A stretch of 63,632 nucleotides of DNA from Pseudomonadota bacterium (GTDB taxonomy: Bacteria > Pseudomonadota > Alphaproteobacteria > Rhizobiales > Beijerinckiaceae): the NCBI GenBank assembly GCA_023386115.1, contig JAEWKL010000790.1, positions 1-63,632 of the forward strand, written 5' to 3'. The notes under the pieces are model-generated. The model saw nothing but the letters and a program-made list of their open reading frames with translations, was not told where the DNA came from and searched no databases. The position numbers and the translations under genes are program-made. Positions 52,755 through 63,100 of this stretch are shown here, one piece after another; the first letter of the stretch is position 1, and every line of letters begins with the position of its first letter.

Positions 52755-52985
52755 TCAACCGAGGTCGGCGGGCTTAGGCAGATCATGGCGAACAGACCAT
52801 ACCAGGGTGTCGCGCTCATCGCTCAGCATGCCGATGCCGGCTTGTCCGGCCAGAACCTGACTGATGCGGTCCTCCGCCTGCGCGACGGCTTCTGTCGTGG
52901 TCCTGGCTGTGAGCCACTCGCTATGAGCGTCCATGCCGCCGTTCATGATCCGGCGGTGGAGGATCCGCAGCCGGAATTTCAGCAT
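52755..52985 (-). CDS. Small hypothetical protein
   Basis: AGGAGG RBS; compact ORF. Confidence 0.55.
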   Translation of the reverse strand: MLKFRLRILHRRIMNGGMDAHSEWLTARTTTEAVAQAEDRISQVLAGQAGIGMLSDERDTLVWSVRHDLPKPADLG

Positions 52986-53486
52986 GAAACACCTCCTGAT
53001 CCGACCTGATGGTGAGCAAGAAACCGGAACGTCGACGCTATCTTAGAGCAAGTGCGCCTGAATGTTCACAGGAGTGACTGCGGGCCTTGGTTGGCTTGTT
53101 GGGATCAAGCCAGAGCTGATGCATAAGCGGATCCGTCGATGGCGCAGCGAATACCAGAGCGTCGCTCGATGGTGATGCGGTGCTCACAGCACCGTAGCTA
53201 AACCCTTGTGGCAAACACCAATTCAGTGCAAACACCAGACAGTACAACCTTAAGTACAATACCGTCTCGATACGGGGGTGGACGCACTCGATGGCCAAAA
53301 AGCACCATATTTCACAATCACATAGACGATTTTTGCCGCCGAGCGAGCAAAATTCAGTATCAGATGCCATCCTAATGGCTGTACATCGGTAAATAAGCTG
53401 CTTATCTTGCCTGCAGAAGCAGACAAAAACTGCATCATTGGGTGGCGAGGCAATATGTGCTTTCTCTAGCGAGAGGCTGATGTTGC

Positions 53487-53747
53487 ATGTCAAATATCGG
53501 TGTGCTGAAGCTGCGCAAGGCGCCACAAGAAGATGTCCCAACTTATCGGGCCTATCTGATCGGTGCCGACAACCGGATTTTTGCAGTTCACATCATTGAC
53601 GCGCGAAGCGACGACGAAGCGGCGGCCGGTGCACACGCGATTGCTGGCCTATCGAGCGCGGAAGTGTGGGAGCGCGGTCGTCGGATCGCACGGTTCGATC
53701 CTGAGTTACCGGCTGCCGTGACAGCACAGGGCGATACACGAACCTGA
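53487..53747 (+). CDS. Small hypothetical protein (paralog of 44032-44274)
   Basis: YRAYLIG....I...IDARSDDEA...AEVWERGR. Confidence 0.65.
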   Translation: MSNIGVLKLRKAPQEDVPTYRAYLIGADNRIFAVHIIDARSDDEAAAGAHAIAGLSSAEVWERGRRIARFDPELPAAVTAQGDTRT

Positions 53748-53846
53748 GGCAGGTCGGCGACGATCATGCGCGAGCCGATCCGAATGGCGTCAATCCGCGG
53801 TGAGAGCCTCCAACCGCTTTTCACCTGACCCGTGCTGGTCGTCGCC

Positions 53847-54941
53847 TCATCCGATCAGCCGGACGGCCTTGCCTTTGTCATTCTCGGCCTCGTTGTAGTA
53901 GCGTGCCGCCTGCTGCACCGAGCGGTGTTGCGACAGTTGCATTGCCTCGGGCAGCGGCACGCCCTGCTTTCCAGCCTCGGTCATGAACCCTGAGCGCAGT
54001 CCGTGCGCCGAGAACAGCGCCGGGTCGAGCCCGGCCCGGGCGCAGCGCGCCTTCAGGATCGCGTTCACGCTCTGCGGATCGAGCGCCGCCGATCCGAGGC
54101 GGCCCCAGCGGTCGATACGCCGGAACACCGCCCCGCTCTCGATCTTCGCGAGCGCCAGCCAGTCGAGCAGAGCGGTTGCGGCACGCCCGATCACCACCAC
54201 GCGGGCATCGTCCTCCGCTGTTGTGTTTTTCGTGCGCTCGAGCCGGATCGTGAGCTTCGGCACCTTCGCACTGTCTGGATCGGCGAGATCGAGCGGCACG
54301 GGTGCATCGCGCACGAAGTCATCAACCCGCAAGCCCGCGACCTCGGCCCGCCGGCGCCCACCCGACGCGAAAGCGACCAGCAGCAGCGCACGATCGCGCA
54401 CGTCGACCAAGCGGTGCTCGTACAGGCAGGTGGCGAGCAGTTTCTCGATTACCGCGGCGGTGACCGCCCGCCGACTCTCGCGGTTGCGGGGCCGCCGGTT
54501 CGCCCGTACGGCGAGCGAGAGGGCGGTGCGCAGGCGCGGTGCCTTGAACGGTCCTTCGACGCCGCGGAAGCGGTGCAGGGTCGACCAGTGGGCGGGGCGC
54601 CGGCGCACGGTCGAGACCGCGTGCGGACTGGCGACCCGGAGCAGGCCGCGAGACCGCAGGTCATCCTCGACGGCGCTGGGCATGCCGTGGCGCGAGTCAA
54701 CCTCGCGCTCAGCAGGGTCCCAGAGGTGATGGGCGACGAACTTCAGCGCCAGGACTTCGGTCGCCGGCCAGGGCAGGGGATGGCCGGTGGCCGCAAGGCA
54801 CCAGGCCTCGAGGTAGCCGAGGTCGGAGGCGAGGGCGCGCAGCGTGTTGGCGCCCATTCCGGAGCGGGCGAGGTGCGCGAGGGTGGCGGCGTCCTCGTCG
54901 GTCAGGAGGACGGCGACGCGCTCGCGGGCATCAAACGGCAA
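53847..54941 (-). CDS. Tyrosine recombinase (plasmid-type site-specific integrase); 5' end possibly frameshifted from 55018
   Basis: FASGGRRRAE, RTK, SAHGLRSG, QHRS, RYY. Confidence 0.9.
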   Translation of the reverse strand: MPFDARERVAVLLTDEDAATLAHLARSGMGANTLRALASDLGYLEAWCLAATGHPLPWPATEVLALKFVAHHLWDPAEREVDSRHGMPSAVEDDLRSRGLLRVASPHAVSTVRRRPAHWSTLHRFRGVEGPFKAPRLRTALSLAVRANRRPRNRESRRAVTAAVIEKLLATCLYEHRLVDVRDRALLLVAFASGGRRRAEVAGLRVDDFVRDAPVPLDLADPDSAKVPKLTIRLERTKNTTAEDDARVVVIGRAATALLDWLALAKIESGAVFRRIDRWGRLGSAALDPQSVNAILKARCARAGLDPALFSAHGLRSGFMTEAGKQGVPLPEAMQLSQHRSVQQAARYYNEAENDKGKAVRLIG

Positions 54942-55099
54942 CAGACCGACAGGGTGCCGAGGTCGCGCTCCCGAGCAAGGGTCGGATCTGGGAGGAGGGC
55001 AGGGGTTTGGTCAGGCATCGTGCATGGGGACTGCGGCACCCAAGCCCACGCCGTCCTGCGCACTCGCCGCCGCATCGTCGCCGAGCCCGGATGGGTCAC

Positions 55100-55356
55100 C
55101 AGCCCCACAGGCCTCGCTGCCCTACGAGGATCCGGATGGCGCGGGGGACCACGAAGAGGCCCCAATGCCAGCCGGGCTGTCGCTCGAAGCCGCGGACTGG
55201 GAGAGGAATCTCGCAGACGTCGACGACGCCTTTGCAGCCGAACTCGCCGACATCTACGCCCTAATCGCTCGCTCCAGCTGCCTCCTCGCCGACACCGGAG
55301 CGGCGAGAGAGAAGTCGCCGCTGCTCTATGACCCAGGCTTATGGGCAACAGAATGA
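55100..55356 (+). pseudogene. RHE_PE00001/DUF1612-like fragment
   Basis: FAAELADIYALIARS...PLLYDP; divergent from the integrase as in that module. Confidence 0.45.
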
Positions 55357-55640
55357 AGGGGTTGCCTGCGGGAGCGGCGGTCGCTCGGCTCGCGCAGCGG
55401 TGCCGGTCGGGCGGGATCGGGGGCGGGCTGGGCTTACGCAAGACACGCCGCTACGAACGGTTGGCTGAGGCGCAGACCGACATCGGCATGGTGCTCGCTG
55501 GCGAGCCCAGCGCTTGCTTGTCGCGACGATTGGCGATGCCGATCAGCGGCGATACGGTGGTGCTGGACAGTCGCCCTGCGACGGTTGCTGCCTGGATGGA
55601 GGATTGCCGCGGACGAGATCGAAGCGGAGCGTGCCGGCAT
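55357..55640 (+). mobile_element. ISL3 transposase remnant
   Basis: RLAEAQTDIG..LAGE....LSRRLAMPISGDTV...TVAAW...RDRSG. Confidence 0.6.
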
Positions 55641-55762
55641 CGCAGTCGTGCCTCTGGCACAATCCCACTTCCCCGGCGGCGCATGTCTAGGGCTGGTTCC
55701 GGCGGCCGTATCCAGCCCAGGTGCGTCCAGTCGATCAAGCAACAATCTTTGGGAGAGAGTCG

Positions 55763-57067
55763 TTGAGTTTCTCGACAGTATTCGCACGCGGTGTTTCGTT
55801 GATCGGTGGAGGCGCGTCCAGGCTGCGGCGATTTCGTGATGGCAGCTACGAACCCGCCTGGGGCAATGCGCCAACCATTCCGACCGCGAAGCCGCAGGGC
55901 CGGATCATGACGCTGAAGATGCCCGCAGCACGCGGGTGGTCACCGGAGCAGCTTCCGGTCGCTGCCCCTGGTCTGAAGGTCAATGCCTTCGCCACCGGGT
56001 TAGACCACCCACGCTGGCTTCACGTGCTGCCAAACGGGGATGTCCTAGTCGCCGAATCATCGGGCGAGCCGCGCAAGGTCATGCGGAACCTGTTCGATCA
56101 CGCCATGACCGCAACCATGAAGCGCGCCCGCGCCGCGGGGGTGAGTGCAAACCGCATCACGCTGCTGCGCGACACGGATGGTGACGGTGTGGCGGATACG
56201 TGCGAGCCGTTTCTAACGGGCCTCAGTCAGCCGTTCGGCATGGCCCTCGTGGAAGACAAGTTCTACGTCGGCAACACCGACGGGATCGTCGTGTTTACCT
56301 ACACCAATGGCACCACCAGGATCGCTGGGCCTGGCCGCAAGCTGGTCGATTTCAAGCCGGGCGGCCATTGGACACGCAGTCTGCTGGCCAGCGCGGACGG
56401 AACGAAGTTGTATGCTGGCGTCGGCTCGCTGAGCAACATCGGCGATGATGGCATGGAGGTCGAAGAGGGCCGCGCGGCTGTTTACGAACTTGATCTCGCC
56501 AGCGGCACGAGCCGCATCTTCGCCTCGGGACTGCGTAATCCTGTCGGCCTCGCGTGGGAACCGAGCACGAAGGCACTATGGACGGTGGTCAACGAGCGTG
56601 ACGGGTTGGGCGACGAGACCCCGCCGGATTATCTCACGTCCGTCCAGGATGGTGGTTTCTATGGCTGGCCGTACTCGTATTGGGGGCAGACAGTAGACGA
56701 CCGTGTGCCGCAGGACGCCGCCGCCGTCGCCCGCGCGATCACACCGGACTATGCGCTGGGCGGCCATACCGCATCACTGGGTCTTTGCTGGGTACCGGCA
56801 GGAACGCTGCCTGGCTTCCCGGATGGTATGGCGATCGGGCAGCACGGCTCTTGGAACCGCAGCACATTGAGCGGCTACAAGTTGGTCTTCGTGCCGTTCG
56901 AGAACGGCCGTCCTTCCGGCCCGGCTCGCGACATCCTGTCCGGCTTCCTGGCGCCGGACGAGAGTGTCTCTTATGGCAGGCCGGTTGGCGTCGCGCTCGG
57001 CTCCGATAAGTCGCTGCTGATGGCCGACGACGTCGGCAACGTGGTCTGGCGTGTGACCGGGGCCTGA
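55763..57067 (+). CDS. L-sorbosone dehydrogenase family protein
   Basis: GLDHPRWL.VLPNGDVLVAE, HWTRSL, GLRNPVG, VNERDGLGD, HGSWNR, GRPVGV. Confidence 0.92.
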   Translation: MSFSTVFARGVSLIGGGASRLRRFRDGSYEPAWGNAPTIPTAKPQGRIMTLKMPAARGWSPEQLPVAAPGLKVNAFATGLDHPRWLHVLPNGDVLVAESSGEPRKVMRNLFDHAMTATMKRARAAGVSANRITLLRDTDGDGVADTCEPFLTGLSQPFGMALVEDKFYVGNTDGIVVFTYTNGTTRIAGPGRKLVDFKPGGHWTRSLLASADGTKLYAGVGSLSNIGDDGMEVEEGRAAVYELDLASGTSRIFASGLRNPVGLAWEPSTKALWTVVNERDGLGDETPPDYLTSVQDGGFYGWPYSYWGQTVDDRVPQDAAAVARAITPDYALGGHTASLGLCWVPAGTLPGFPDGMAIGQHGSWNRSTLSGYKLVFVPFENGRPSGPARDILSGFLAPDESVSYGRPVGVALGSDKSLLMADDVGNVVWRVTGA

Positions 57068-57216
57068 CTTCATATCCGACCGAGAGGGGTTGCTTTGATC
57101 GGGGCGGGTTGTGCCGATTGGACCAAGCACGTCGGCTTGGCGGTTCATAAGCTCTGCCGTCGTCGCGTCTTGCAAAGGGGTTCACACGTGCAGTGTGAGC
57201 GCCCATGTTAGGTTCC

Positions 57217-57680
57217 ATGCGACGCTTTGTGCTGACCAATACGCAATCGGAGCAAATCGCCGTAAGATTGCCACCGCAGAAGCCCCGCACCGACCGACCC
57301 GCCTACGATCATCGTCGGACTCCCAATGGCATGCTCTGGATCCAGCGTACCGGCGCGCACTGGGAGGATCTGCCAGCGCGCTATGGTGCGGTCGGAACCA
57401 TGTCGAGCCAGTTCTATCGCTGGCGCAAGGCCGGCGTGTTCGACCGAGTACTGCACCGTCTGCAGGCGCAGGCGGGTGCCTGCGGCGACCTCGACTGAGA
57501 GCTACACTTCGGGGACGCGACGGTCGTGCGTGCCCCCCAGCACGCCCCTAGTGCACGCTGGTCCGGCGCCATCGGGGGGTGACGGGACGGTCGAGGGCGT
57601 GGGCGAAGCGCTCGGGCGCAGCCAGATCGGGTTCTCCACCAAGCTTCATCGAGGCGCTGGGGGCGGGGGCAATCCCAGCG
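57217..57680 (+). mobile_element. IS5-family transposase remnant
   Basis: NGMLWIQRTGAHWEDLPARYG...FYRW.KAGV; GRSQ.GFSTKLH; internal stops and frameshifts. Confidence 0.8.
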
Positions 57681-57683
57681 CCC

Positions 57684-58751
57684 TTACCGGGGCTCGGCCC
57701 CGAGGCTGGGCCGCAATCGATAGACCCGCTCCGCGGTTCCGCGGAACAGGGCGGCCTTCTCCGTCGGCGAGCACGAGGCAGTCAGCCGCTTGAAGGCGTT
57801 CCAGATGACGTTGTAGCTGTAGGATCCCTTGTCGACCGGGAAATTGCTCTCGAACATGCAGCGTTCCGGGCCGAAGGCCTCGATCACCGTCTCGACATAG
57901 GGCGCGATCCGGCGCGCGACTTCTTCCGACGAGGGTGGGGTCGGATGGTCGTGGAAGCCGAAGCCCCACAGGCGCATCCCGAAGCCGCCGATCTTGGCGA
58001 CGACGTTGTTGGCACGCGCCAGCGTCCGGATCGCGCCGCTCCATTCCCGGAAGGCCTGGTCGCGACGCCCGGCATAGGCGCCCATGCCGATCGCGCCGCC
58101 GGCATGGTTCATCACGATGCGCGCTTCGGGCGCTACCCGTGCGACATCCAAGAGGTCGCCGAGCTGCGAGTGGAGCACCCAGGTTTCGAAGCTTAAGCCG
58201 CGCGTGGCCAGCACCCGCACCCCGCGCCGAAGGCGCTCGTCGGCGAGCAGCTGCGGCGGCGGGCTGGCGACAGTCCCCTTCACGGCGGGGTCCGGATGCC
58301 AGGCCGCGATCTGACGCATCCCGCGGAAGCGGCCTCGCCCTGCCTCGTGCATGGCGTCGATCACCGCATGGAGCCGGTCGCCGAGGCGGAGATCGGCATG
58401 GCCGACGATCCCGGCGCAGACGTCCGGGCCGCCGCGGGCCGCGCTGCCCTCGCCGGTCGCCGCCGCGAACGCGACCTCCCCGACGGAGCGCAGGTGCTCG
58501 GGCCCGTCCTGGCGGTAGTGGGTGTGACACTCGAGATAGACCGTGGCGATGATCCGATGCCCGCTGGTCGCGTCCTCGAGGAACTCGTCCACCATGTACG
58601 GGGCGCCGCTCCGGCTCCAGAGGTGGTGGTGAGGATCCACGATCGGGAGTTCGGGATAGAGCGCGGCCTCGACGCGCCGATCGAGCCACTCCGCCCGGGT
58701 GGGCACGATCGCCTCGAGCGACGGGTCCGTCTCAATCACCGGATTCATCAT
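57684..58751 (-). CDS. Amidohydrolase family protein (lactonase-like)
   Basis: VDPHHHLW, VMNHAG, FGPERCMFESNFPVD. Confidence 0.9.
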   Translation of the reverse strand: MMNPVIETDPSLEAIVPTRAEWLDRRVEAALYPELPIVDPHHHLWSRSGAPYMVDEFLEDATSGHRIIATVYLECHTHYRQDGPEHLRSVGEVAFAAATGEGSAARGGPDVCAGIVGHADLRLGDRLHAVIDAMHEAGRGRFRGMRQIAAWHPDPAVKGTVASPPPQLLADERLRRGVRVLATRGLSFETWVLHSQLGDLLDVARVAPEARIVMNHAGGAIGMGAYAGRRDQAFREWSGAIRTLARANNVVAKIGGFGMRLWGFGFHDHPTPPSSEEVARRIAPYVETVIEAFGPERCMFESNFPVDKGSYSYNVIWNAFKRLTASCSPTEKAALFRGTAERVYRLRPSLGAEPR

Positions 58752-58818
58752 GGGTGCATTCTCAGTACGCGCTCTGGAGGGGCCGGCCGCCGAAGGACCT
58801 CGCGGGCCACGGGCGCGG

Positions 58819-59832
58819 TCAGCTCAACTCTCCGGTCGATTTCTCGAGAGCCGCCCAGGCTTCCTCCCCAAATCTCCCTTTCCACTCCTTGTAGAAGCCC
58901 GCGGTCTTCAGGGCGGTGCGGAACGGCTCGGGATCGACCTTCGAGATCTGCATGCCCTTTTTCTGCAGAACGGCCTGCATGGAGGTCTCGAGCGCAGCGA
59001 CGTCGGCCCGGTCCTCCTCGGCCGCGCGGGCGAACTCCTCTATCAGGACAGTCTGAACGCCCTTCGGTAGGCCGCGGAACAGGCGGCCGTTCCCGAGCAG
59101 CCAGAACCCGTCCCACATGTGCCCCGTAAGAGAGCAGCATTTCTGCACTTCGAAGAACTTGCCGGTATCGATGATCGAGAGTGGGTTTTCCTGGCCGTCC
59201 ACCACCCGCGTCTGCAGGGCCGTATAGGTCTCCGACCAGTTGAGGGCGGTCGGCGACGCCCCAAAGGCCTTGAACATGGAGATGCCGAGGGCGCTCGGGG
59301 GGATCCGGATCTTGAAGCCCTTGAGGTCGCGTGGGGCCAGGATCGGCGTCTGCCCGCTCGTGACCTGCCGAAAGCCGATGTCGAAGATCCTGTCGAAGAC
59401 CACGAGGCCGCTCTTCTCGATCCGGGATCGGATCAAGGCGCCGAGCTCGCCGTCCATGGCCGCCCAGACTTTGTCGTAATCCGAGAAGGCGAAGCCGACC
59501 GCGTTGATGGCCGTCACGGGAACGAGGGTCGACAGCACGAGGCCGGATGCGGTGTAGAGCTCGAGCGCTCCCGAGCGGACCTGCGATAGCATATCGGTGT
59601 CGGTGCCGAGGGTTCCCTGTGGGAAAACCTGGAGGTCCACCTGCCCGGAGGTCCGCTCGCGGATGCGCCCGGCCGCCTCCCGCATCCGCCGGTTCAGCGG
59701 ATAGTCGGCCGGCTGGTTGTTGCCGAACTTGAGCACGATCTCAGCGGCGTGAGCCGGCCGAATGATCGTGCAAGCGAGCGCGCCGGCGGCGGCGCCCAGC
59801 AGAGACCGGCGGCGCAACGACGTACCGTGCAT
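58819..59832 (-). CDS. TRAP transporter substrate-binding protein (DctP) with Tat signal
   Basis: RRRSLL, GFRQ, DLKGFKIR, YTALQT.VVDGQENP. Confidence 0.92.
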   Translation of the reverse strand: MHGTSLRRRSLLGAAAGALACTIIRPAHAAEIVLKFGNNQPADYPLNRRMREAAGRIRERTSGQVDLQVFPQGTLGTDTDMLSQVRSGALELYTASGLVLSTLVPVTAINAVGFAFSDYDKVWAAMDGELGALIRSRIEKSGLVVFDRIFDIGFRQVTSGQTPILAPRDLKGFKIRIPPSALGISMFKAFGASPTALNWSETYTALQTRVVDGQENPLSIIDTGKFFEVQKCCSLTGHMWDGFWLLGNGRLFRGLPKGVQTVLIEEFARAAEEDRADVAALETSMQAVLQKKGMQISKVDPEPFRTALKTAGFYKEWKGRFGEEAWAALEKSTGELS

Positions 59833-59933
59833 GAGATCCCCTCCCGTTCTCGGTCTTTTCGTGTACGCGACCATCCGACTAGCCGCTCCCGACCGTCGTC
59901 GGTCCGCCCTGCGTCGGTGGCGGGCCGGACGGC

Positions 59934-60695
59934 TCAGCCCGGCGCGCGCGCGGCCGCGTTGATGTCCCGGAGCGTCCGCAGGAAATGGCCTGTTTCCACC
60001 CCGACGGCGGCGATCGACACGCCGCGCGAGAGCCAGGTGCGGGCGCCCTCCGCGGTCGGCGCGAATACCGCGACGGCCATCGCGCGGCCTCGCGCCTCGG
60101 CCAGGACGTGTTGCATCCGCTCGAGCACGCGCGGATGGTCGATCTCACCCGGCACGCCGAGGGCATGGGACAGGTCGACCGGGCCCAGGAAGACGCCGTC
60201 CAGCCCGGGCGTCGCCATGATGGCTCCGGCATTCTCGACGCCCTCGCGCCCCTCGATCATGACGAGCACCGCCGTCGCCGCATTGGCGCGGGCGAACCAG
60301 GTGGGCGCACCGTCGAAATCGGCGGCCCGGACCCAGGAGTTGGCGCCCCGCGCGCCTTCGGGAGCGAACCGGGCCGCCGCGACCACGGCCTGCGCGTCCG
60401 CGGGCGTCGCGATCTGGGGCACGAGGATGCCAGCCGCGCCGGCATCCAGCACCGCTCCGATCAGCGCGGCCTCGTTGCGCGGGACCCGGACGATGGGCTG
60501 CACGCCGCGGCTGCGGGCGGCCAGGATCAGGCTTCCGAGCGCGTCGATGCCGTAGGGCCCGTGCTCCATGTCGAGGATTACGATGTCGAAGCCGGCAAGA
60601 CCGATGATCTCGACCACCTCGACGCTGCGGATGATCGAGAAGATGGCCGTCAGAGGCGGTCCGGCATGAAGCCGTTCACGAAGAGGAGGGAGCAT
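59934..60695 (-). CDS. HpcH/HpaI aldolase family protein
   Basis: LDMEHG, VLDAGA.GILVP, MIE, FLGPVDLS. Confidence 0.9.
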   Translation of the reverse strand: MLPPLRERLHAGPPLTAIFSIIRSVEVVEIIGLAGFDIVILDMEHGPYGIDALGSLILAARSRGVQPIVRVPRNEAALIGAVLDAGAAGILVPQIATPADAQAVVAAARFAPEGARGANSWVRAADFDGAPTWFARANAATAVLVMIEGREGVENAGAIMATPGLDGVFLGPVDLSHALGVPGEIDHPRVLERMQHVLAEARGRAMAVAVFAPTAEGARTWLSRGVSIAAVGVETGHFLRTLRDINAAARAPG

Positions 60696-60757
60696 CGCGA
60701 TCTCGCCTCGCGTGTGTGGGGTGGTCGCCGCGAGACCGCGCGGCCGGTCGTCCCGCC

Positions 60758-61867
60758 TCAGGCTGCCGTCGGGGCCGCCGTCGCGAGGGCGTCGATCACG
60801 CGCTGGGTAACGTCGCTCGTGGTCGCTGTGCCGCCGAGATCGCGGGTGAGGCCGCCCGGCGAGGCCATGGCGGCGTCGACCGCGCCTTCGACCCGCAAAG
60901 CCGCCCGCGTCAGGCGCTCATCCTGGTGCCGCTCGCCCAGCCATCGCAGCATCGCGGCGGCCGACAGGATGGTCCCGTAAGGGTTGGCGACGTTCTGGCC
61001 TGCGATCGTCGGGGCCGAGCCGTGCGCCGCCTGGAAGAAGCCGTTGCGGTCGCCCAGCTCCGCGGAGGGTGACATGCCCATGCTCCCGACCGTCACGGCT
61101 GCCAGGTCGGAGATGATGTCGCCGAACATGTTCTCGGTGACGATGACGTCATAGAACTCCGGACGCTCGACGAGGTGGCAGGTCATGGCGTCGGCGTAGG
61201 CGTAATCCGCCTCGACCTCGGGATATTGCTCGGCGACCTCGTTGAAGACTTTTCGGAAGAAGGCGTAGCTGCGAAGAACGTTGGCCTTGTCGCAGAGCGT
61301 GACGCGCTTCTTGCCGTCCCTCGGCGCACCGCTCCGGGAGCGGGCGAGATCGAAGGCGAAGCGGGAGATGCGCTCGACGCCCTTGCGCGTCACAACCAAG
61401 CTGTCCACGGCCGTCTCGTCGCGCAGCACCACGCCGCTGCCGCGGGCCGCGTACAGGCCCTCGGTGTTCTCGCGGATGATGACGTAGTCGATGTCGCCCG
61501 GCTTGCGATCGCGCAGGCGCGACGCGACGCCGGAGCGGAGCTTGATCGGCCGGACATTCGCGTAGAGGTCGAGGCGGAACCGGGTCTGCAAGCCGAACTC
61601 GATGCCCGTCTCGGTCCCGTCCGGGTAGGTGACGCCCGGAATACCCGTCGCGCCGTGGAGGATGGCGTCGGCCTGCCGGCACCCCTCGAAGCTCTCCTCG
61701 GGATAGGCGGAGCCCGACCGGAGGTATTCCTGCGCGCCCGCTACGTAAGTCTTGAAGGTGAAGGCGCCTGCCAGGCCGGGAACCGCCCTCACGACGCTCA
61801 GAGCGGCTTGGCACACCTCTGGGCCAATGCCGTCACCGTCGACCACCGCGATTTCGTACGCTCGCAT
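60758..61867 (-). CDS. Isocitrate/isopropylmalate/tartrate dehydrogenase family protein
   Basis: GDGIGPEV, RENTEG.Y, DKANV, NMFGDIISD, HGSAP.IAG..ANP. Confidence 0.92.
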   Translation of the reverse strand: MRAYEIAVVDGDGIGPEVCQAALSVVRAVPGLAGAFTFKTYVAGAQEYLRSGSAYPEESFEGCRQADAILHGATGIPGVTYPDGTETGIEFGLQTRFRLDLYANVRPIKLRSGVASRLRDRKPGDIDYVIIRENTEGLYAARGSGVVLRDETAVDSLVVTRKGVERISRFAFDLARSRSGAPRDGKKRVTLCDKANVLRSYAFFRKVFNEVAEQYPEVEADYAYADAMTCHLVERPEFYDVIVTENMFGDIISDLAAVTVGSMGMSPSAELGDRNGFFQAAHGSAPTIAGQNVANPYGTILSAAAMLRWLGERHQDERLTRAALRVEGAVDAAMASPGGLTRDLGGTATTSDVTQRVIDALATAAPTAA

Positions 61868-61951
61868 GGATCGCGCTCCCGCCTCTTCGTCCCGTGGTCC
61901 CGATACCGCCGCATGGCCGTTCGCTGACCGGAGGCTTAGCGCGCTCAATTG

Positions 61952-61971
61952 AATATATCAATAAATATATT
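61952..61971. promoter_or_regulatory. Putative GntR operator
   Basis: AATATAT-CAATAA-ATATATT palindrome in the divergent intergenic region. Confidence 0.6.
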
Positions 61972-62056
61972 TTGATCCGTGACGCCAATCCGGCAGAAGG
62001 AGGTGGGAACGGCCGCCTCTCGCGGGGCGCGACCGCGAGCGGCAGAGGGTTGAGCG

Positions 62057-62719
62057 GTGGAGCGTGCGTCCGATCGAGCTTTCGCGGCGATCAAGGACCT
62101 CGTTCAACGGGGGGCGATCCCTCCGGGGGACCTGATCGACGAGGCCGAGATGGCGAGCCGGCTCGCCATCTCCCGCACGCCCGTGCGCGAGGCCCTGCTG
62201 CGCTTGCAGGCGGAGGGCTTCGTCGAAATCGGCCGCGGCAAGGGGATTCGTGTGCGGCCTCTGTCGAGCGCGGAGATGCGCGAGATGTACCAGGTCATCT
62301 CCGGGCTGGAGGTGACCGCCGTGTCATTGATCGTGCGCAGACGGCCCTCGCCCTGCGAGCTCGATACCCTGCGTGCCGCGATCCGGGCCATGGAGGACGC
62401 GATCGCGGCGGAGGACGTGGGTGCCTGGGGCGAGTCCGACGAGACGTTCCACCGCGAACTGATGCGTCTCTCGCGCAATCGCAAGCTCTACGAGGTCGGC
62501 TGCCAGATGCGCGACTTCGTGCTGCGCGCCCACCGGGTCGCCCTCCGGCTGCAGACGCCGGAGTACCGTGTCGCCTCCACAACCAGCCACGCCGGATTGA
62601 TCGAAATCCTTCTCGCCGGAGACGTCGCGGCGGCCGCGATCGGCCACCAAAACCAGCGGCTGCGCGGCGAGGAGGCGCTGGTCGGGATCGTTGACAGGTT
62701 CCATATCACGAGCCTGTGA
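62057..62719 (+). CDS. GntR/FCD family regulator
   Basis: ISRTPVREAL..L..EG, DETFH. Confidence 0.92.
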   Translation: MERASDRAFAAIKDLVQRGAIPPGDLIDEAEMASRLAISRTPVREALLRLQAEGFVEIGRGKGIRVRPLSSAEMREMYQVISGLEVTAVSLIVRRRPSPCELDTLRAAIRAMEDAIAAEDVGAWGESDETFHRELMRLSRNRKLYEVGCQMRDFVLRAHRVALRLQTPEYRVASTTSHAGLIEILLAGDVAAAAIGHQNQRLRGEEALVGIVDRFHITSL

Positions 62720-63100
62720 CCGGCGGGCGGGTCCCCCACGCCATCGGACGAACGCGTCGGAGGAAGTTGAGGCGTCGTGCCGCGGCCCACTCTGCCACCG
62801 TCGGTGCGGCACTCCGGTCCAAGCTCGCTGACCGCCTCGACACGACCTCCGACGCCGAACCCCGGACTCGACTCGCCCGGGCGCAGGCTAGGGCCCGCGG
62901 GCTGAGGTCATGCGGGAGGCCTCGTGGACCCCGCCACTGCGCGCTCCGCATCGGAGGCGGCGCCGTGATCGGCCGGAATTTGCTGGCCTTGTGGCGTCCT
63001 CGGTACCGGTGGGATCGACGCCGCCGTGCCCACCGAGCGAGTGCGGCCGCTGCTCGCCGCGCTTCGGGAGGCCGAGCGAGCATCGCCCTGAGCAGATTAA

